Source: Podarcis muralis (lineage: Eukaryota). Taken from it: a DNA stretch of 64,000 bases. Below are positions 60,223 to 64,000 of the stretch, piece after piece. The stretch spans positions 55,056,001 through 55,120,000 of the forward strand of contig NC_135668.1 in the NCBI RefSeq assembly GCF_964188315.1, given 5' to 3'. Made by a program: the position numbers and the translations under genes. How positions within the stretch are numbered: the first letter of the stretch is position 1; each line of letters opens with the position of its first letter. The notes below the pieces were generated by a model that had not been told where the DNA came from, did not search any database, and saw nothing but the letters and a program-made list of their open reading frames with translations.

Positions 60223-60372
60223 CTTGCTTCTCGCCCACGGCGCCAAAGTCTCCCTGAAGAACAGAGCCGGCCAAGTGGCTCTGCAGTGCTGCAAGCCCAG
60301 CTCCCCTTCCTGGCGGGCCCTGGAGGCCGCCTCTGCGCGGCCCCCCCACCCGACGGAGAGGCTCCTCTGCAG
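60223..60372 (+). CDS. EHMT-like gene exon 6
   Basis: LLLAHGAKVSLKNRAGQVAL...TERLLCR, 150 nt. Confidence 0.88.
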
Positions 60373-60471
60373 GTGAGCGGCACCCGGGGGCGGCTGGGCT
60401 AAGGCGGGAGGGACCCCCTCCCTCCAACCGGGCTGCAGCTGTGGCTCAACGGCCGCTCTTGTCGTCCCCAG

Positions 60472-60619
60472 AGACATCTCCCGGGGCTTTGAGCAAGTCC
60501 CCATCCCTTGCGTCAACGGGGTGGACGAGGAGCCGGCGCCCGGAGCCTTCCTCTACGTCACGCAGAACTTTGTGTCGGACTCTGCGGTGCTTCCAGCGAC
60601 GGGCTGGGGCAGAAGTCAG
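60472..60619 (+). CDS. EHMT-like gene exon 7 (pre-SET N-flank)
   Basis: [23 protein letters not shown], aligns with G9a [23 protein letters not shown]. Confidence 0.92.
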
Positions 60620-61201
60620 GTGAGGGGCATTGTCCACCCACTCCTCTTCCGTGCTCCAGGGTGAGTCGGAGGGGCTGAAGTTGCTGGGTGGGCAGGGAAG
60701 CCCCACCATCCATCCAGACGCCCCACAACTCTGGGGCGTCTTCTGAGCAGCCCTCCAAACCAGAGACATTTCATAGGGCTGCGTTTCGACCATTCAGGCC
60801 TCCTTGTGCTGTTTGAAGGCATCCTCTGCCAACCTGGCGCCCTCCCAAACCCAACAAATAGCATGTTTTGGAAGACCCGGGGCTGACAGGGTCTGTCCTC
60901 AGAAACCCTTGGAGGGCGCCAGGTTGTCGAATGGTGCAGAGAAGTGATGCTGCTCCTGTTGACGTTGTTTCCGGCACCTGGAGCCTTGAGGGTACCCAAA
61001 CCAGGTGGCTTGAGAAGGAAGGATCTGGCGGGCCTCTGCCAGGGCTGGCTCCCTGTAGAGGACCGCCGAAGCAAAATAGTAATAAAAATAAATAATAACG
61101 AATTAGGCGTCTGCCAAGCTGTGGCTGCAGAGTGCCCTCTGGGGGCCTTGTAGGGGCCTGAGCGTGACCCCGAATCGCCTGACCGCCTTGCCTTCTTTCA
61201 G

Positions 61202-61279
61202 CACTGCGAGTGCGCCAGTTCCTGCTCTGCGCCCACCTGCCCGTGTGTCGAGCGCAGCCTGCGCTCCTGGTACACTCCG
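61202..61279 (+). CDS. EHMT-like gene exon 8 (pre-SET)
   Basis: HCECASSCSAPTCPCVERSLRSWYTP. Confidence 0.9.
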
Positions 61280-61373
61280 GTGAGAGCCGCTCCCGCCCTT
61301 CCTGGGGCCAGGCGGGGAGGTCAGCCGGAGCCACTGAGGGCCAGCCGGCCGTTTCTCTCCTCTTGTGGTCCAG

Positions 61374-61495
61374 GATGGCCGGCTGGCGCCAGACGCGGCC
61401 GGCAGCAGAGCCGAGGCGGGCCCCATCTACGAGTGCCACATGCTTTGCTCCTGCGCCAGCTCCTGCCCCAACCGGGTGGCGCAGAGGGGCCTCAG
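61374..61495 (+). CDS. EHMT-like gene exon 9 (pre-SET)
   Basis: DGRL...IYECHMLCSCASSCPNRVAQRGLR. Confidence 0.92.
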
Positions 61496-62521
61496 GTGAG
61501 CCCCCTTTCCCTGGGCCAGGGGCCTGCGGGCTCCCCGGTAAGTTCACCGACTTAATATATAGAGCTGCCCCACAGCAGAAGTACTTTAGGAAGGCAGTGG
61601 GGTGTAGTGGTGAGAGTGTCAGACCCTGGGAGATGAGGGTTCGAATCCCCACTCTGTCATGAAGTTCACTGGGTCAGTCACAGCCTCTTAGCCGACCTCA
61701 CAGGGTCGTTGTAGGGATCAAATGAGGAGGGGGATGAACCGTGGACTCCTTGGAGAAGAAGGTGGGAGACAAATGGAACAGATAAACACTTCTGCTGACC
61801 TGCTTAAGGAAGCTGGAGGGGCCAGCCAGGTGGGCATGTCTGTCACCAGCCCAGAGATCTCCGTGTGGTCGCAGTTGGCACCCGCGCCAGTTGTGAAATG
61901 CGCTTGGTGCCTGGGGAATTTCGAAGGCTGGGTGGGAGCACCCACCAGCCTGGGTCAGATGCCTTGGCACCCTCTTCCTTTGCCCCCTGGCCAAATGGCA
62001 CACGATGGTGTCAACGGCCTCTCCTTCTGAGGACGTTCTTAAGCAGAGCTTGGATGGCCGCCCATCAGGGGTGAATTGGTTTGGACTCCCGCATGGCAGG
62101 GGGTTGGACTAGATGACCCCTGGTGTCCCCCCCAACCTTGCCATTCTGTGATTCTACGAGCAGCCCCTTTCCAGATTCCTGCTTCCCGTGAGGGGACCCT
62201 TTGTTCTTTTCCATTAAGGAGACGGCGCTTTGCGCGTTCAAACGCTGCCACTTTCACAGGGGCAGAAATACTTGCCGCAGCCCTGCGAGAGAAGCAAAGG
62301 AGGGAATCGAAGCCCACCCCCCCTCGCCACTTGGCTCTCCCTCCGTGCCAGCCCACCCAAGTCGCCCCCTTAGAAAAACAACCCCGCTTGCCACCCCGCC
62401 CTTGGGACTCTTGCTTGCCTGCTTCTCTTCTCGCCCCGCAACCCCCCTCGCCCCTCTGGTGCCCAGTGGGGGTCCCGCTTTCCGCTGCCCGAGGTGGGCC
62501 CCAGCACCCTCTCATCCGCAG

Positions 62522-62608
62522 GACGCAGCTGCAGCTGTACCGGGTGCCAGGCAAGGGCTGGGCAGTGCGCACGATGCAGGAGGTGCCCCGAGGAGCCTTC
62601 CTTTGCCA
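62522..62608 (+). CDS. EHMT-like gene exon 10 (SET)
   Basis: TQLQLYRVPGKGWAVRTMQEVPRGAFLCQ. Confidence 0.92.
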
Positions 62609-62700
62609 GTAAGTCCCGGCGGGGGGGAGAAGAGAGGGGCTGAGTCCAGGCAATTCCCCTCCCCCCAAAAAAACCCTCATGGCCCTTTCCTCCCCGCCAG

Positions 62701-62779
62701 GTACTTTGGGGAGCTGATTTCCAGCGCCGAGGCTGCCCAGCGAGAGGACGCCGCCTATTCCTTTGTGGTGGACATGCAG
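62701..62779 (+). CDS. EHMT-like gene exon 11 (I-SET)
   Basis: YFGELISSAEAAQREDAAYSFVVDMQ. Confidence 0.92.
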
Positions 62780-62876
62780 GTGACATTTCCGCCTCCACTT
62801 GGGGGGCGGGAGGGGTTTGTGCCCCCTTCCTGGGGGGCGGGCACTGGAGCTCAGCGTTGCCCCCCTCTCCCCGCAG

Positions 62877-63043
62877 GCGGGCCCCGAGTGCTGCCTGGAC
62901 GGGCGCTTCTACGGCAGCGTGGGCCGCTTCCTGAACCATTCGTGCCAGCCCAACCTGGTGGCTCTGCCGGTGGTCGTGGGGCACGAGATCCCCGGCATCG
63001 CCTTCTTCAGCGCCCGGGCCATCCAGGCGGGCGAAGAGCTGGC
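62877..63043 (+). CDS. EHMT-like gene exon 12 (SET)
   Basis: CLDGRFYGSVGRFLNHSCQPNL...IAFFSARAIQAGEEL. Confidence 0.93.
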
Positions 63044-63512
63044 GTAGGTGGTGCTGCTGGAGAGAAAGGGGGCTGCCGTGGGGTGAAGGGGCCCCCACCT
63101 CCATGCCTGCCCCCTGGACTTGCAACCAGCCAGGAGGCGGGGGGCTTCTCGGACTTCAGTCTCAGGTTTGCCCTTGCAAGACTCAGCCGGGAGGAGGCGC
63201 TGCTTGGAGCCAAGCCACTTGGCGCTGCCCGTCATTAGCTCTGGCGCCACCTGCTGGTGACCTCCCGGGGGCTTCAGCCACTCCCGAATGGGCGCCTGGC
63301 AACCGCAAGAGACGTGACTCTCCGCTCCTGCTATCCCCCGCCCTTGAACAGAGCAGCACTTTGGCTGCAGCAAATGGGGTGGCGAGAGCCGGTCCCGGAG
63401 TGTCCTCTGATCTCCTGCCGGATTGGGGGCGGCGGGAGGGGCCCAGTTTGCCCCCGGCGACGAGGGGAGCGGGCGCCCCGTCTTCACTCGGCGGCGTTTC
63501 TGCCCCTCGCAG

Positions 63513-63768
63513 GTTCGATTACGGCGAGCGCTTCTGGGAGGCGAAGGGCCGCCGCTGGGCTTGCTTGTGCAAGTCGCCCGGCTGCAGATACCGGCCGTCG
63601 AGGGAAGGGCCAACGGCAGACGACGCTGCCGCCGCCGCAGGAGACCCCGGCCTGGGCACTTCCACGTCCTACCCGCTACGCGGCTTCTCGCGCAAATCCG
63701 CGCGGAGCAGCCCGCTGAAGACGGCCCCGCGCCGCTCCGCGCGGTCCCGACGGCGCCCCCTGCGCTAG
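63513..63768 (+). CDS. EHMT-like gene last exon (post-SET and basic tail)
   Basis: FDYGERFWEAKGRRWACLCKSPGC...RRPLR*; spliced CDS 1524 nt = 507 aa. Confidence 0.9.
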
Positions 63769-63801
63769 CCCGCGGCCCCAGCTCCTGTCTTGATCCCTCC
63801 C

Positions 63802-63807
63802 AATAAA
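63802..63807 (+). terminator. EHMT-like gene polyadenylation signal
   Basis: AATAAA 34 nt after the TAG. Confidence 0.75.
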
Positions 63808-64000
63808 GAGCCGAAGCCAGCCGCCTGTCTCGGGCCTGATTGCTGCGTCGGGGGCCGGGTTCCGTAGGGCGAGGTGGAAGAGGGAGCGGAGGCTCCTTCG
63901 AACAGAAGGCGCTTGGAACGAGCTTTCTGCAAATGCGGCCCCGAAGTGCAAATAAGGGGCCAGGAAGGATGGCGACGGCGACCCAAGACGGGAACCCTTC

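Larger units (their letters stand above)
63400..64000. promoter_or_regulatory. CpG island over the EHMT-like last exon and a possible next-gene start (ATG 63969, MATATQDGNP)
   Basis: CpG-dense to the window end; aggATGG Kozak context; gene not identifiable from 10 codons. Confidence 0.4.

Noticed and set aside
55380-63768. EHMT-like locus as a processed pseudogene
   Set aside because: It has at least ten well-supported introns at family-typical positions, no frameshift or stop, and intact Zn and catalytic motifs.
63969-64000. Naming the gene starting MATATQDGNP
   Set aside because: Only 10 codons are visible and I do not recognise them; left unnamed.

Overview
Eukaryotic, intron-rich, GC-rich vertebrate genomic DNA. 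The repeats (Sauria SINE, Bov-B, CR1, L2, hAT and Tc1/mariner MITEs) point to a squamate reptile, most consistent with a lacertid lizard (inference). I spliced the genes by hand using GT-AG junctions and phase checks. In order: the last two exons of PGAP6/TMEM8A (+), complete MRPL28 (+, 5 exons, 254 aa), complete AXIN1 (+, non-coding exon 1 plus 10 coding exons, 871 aa), and complete PDIA2 (-, 11 exons, 527 aa, C-terminal RDEL). This matches the human 16p13.3 order as I recall it. Next, head-to-head with PDIA2, is a compact 13-exon, 507-aa ankyrin/pre-SET/SET/post-SET gene of the EHMT (G9a/GLP) family, where human has ARHGDIG. The top observations are: (1) a 1007-bp hAT element with TIRs and an 8-bp TSD in MRPL28 intron 3 that carries what looks like a captured CpG-island promoter and first coding exon of another gene; (2) the short EHMT-like protein keeps its catalytic and Zn residues, but the G9a substrate-binding aspartates and one methyl-lysine cage Trp are replaced; (3) PDIA2 has an intact frame, but each thioredoxin site has lost one cysteine (SSHC and CPHS); (4) a candidate unannotated X-box/CCAAT/TATA-driven spliced gene lies between MRPL28 and AXIN1. 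Homolog names and residue numbers come from recalled knowledge; no database search was run.
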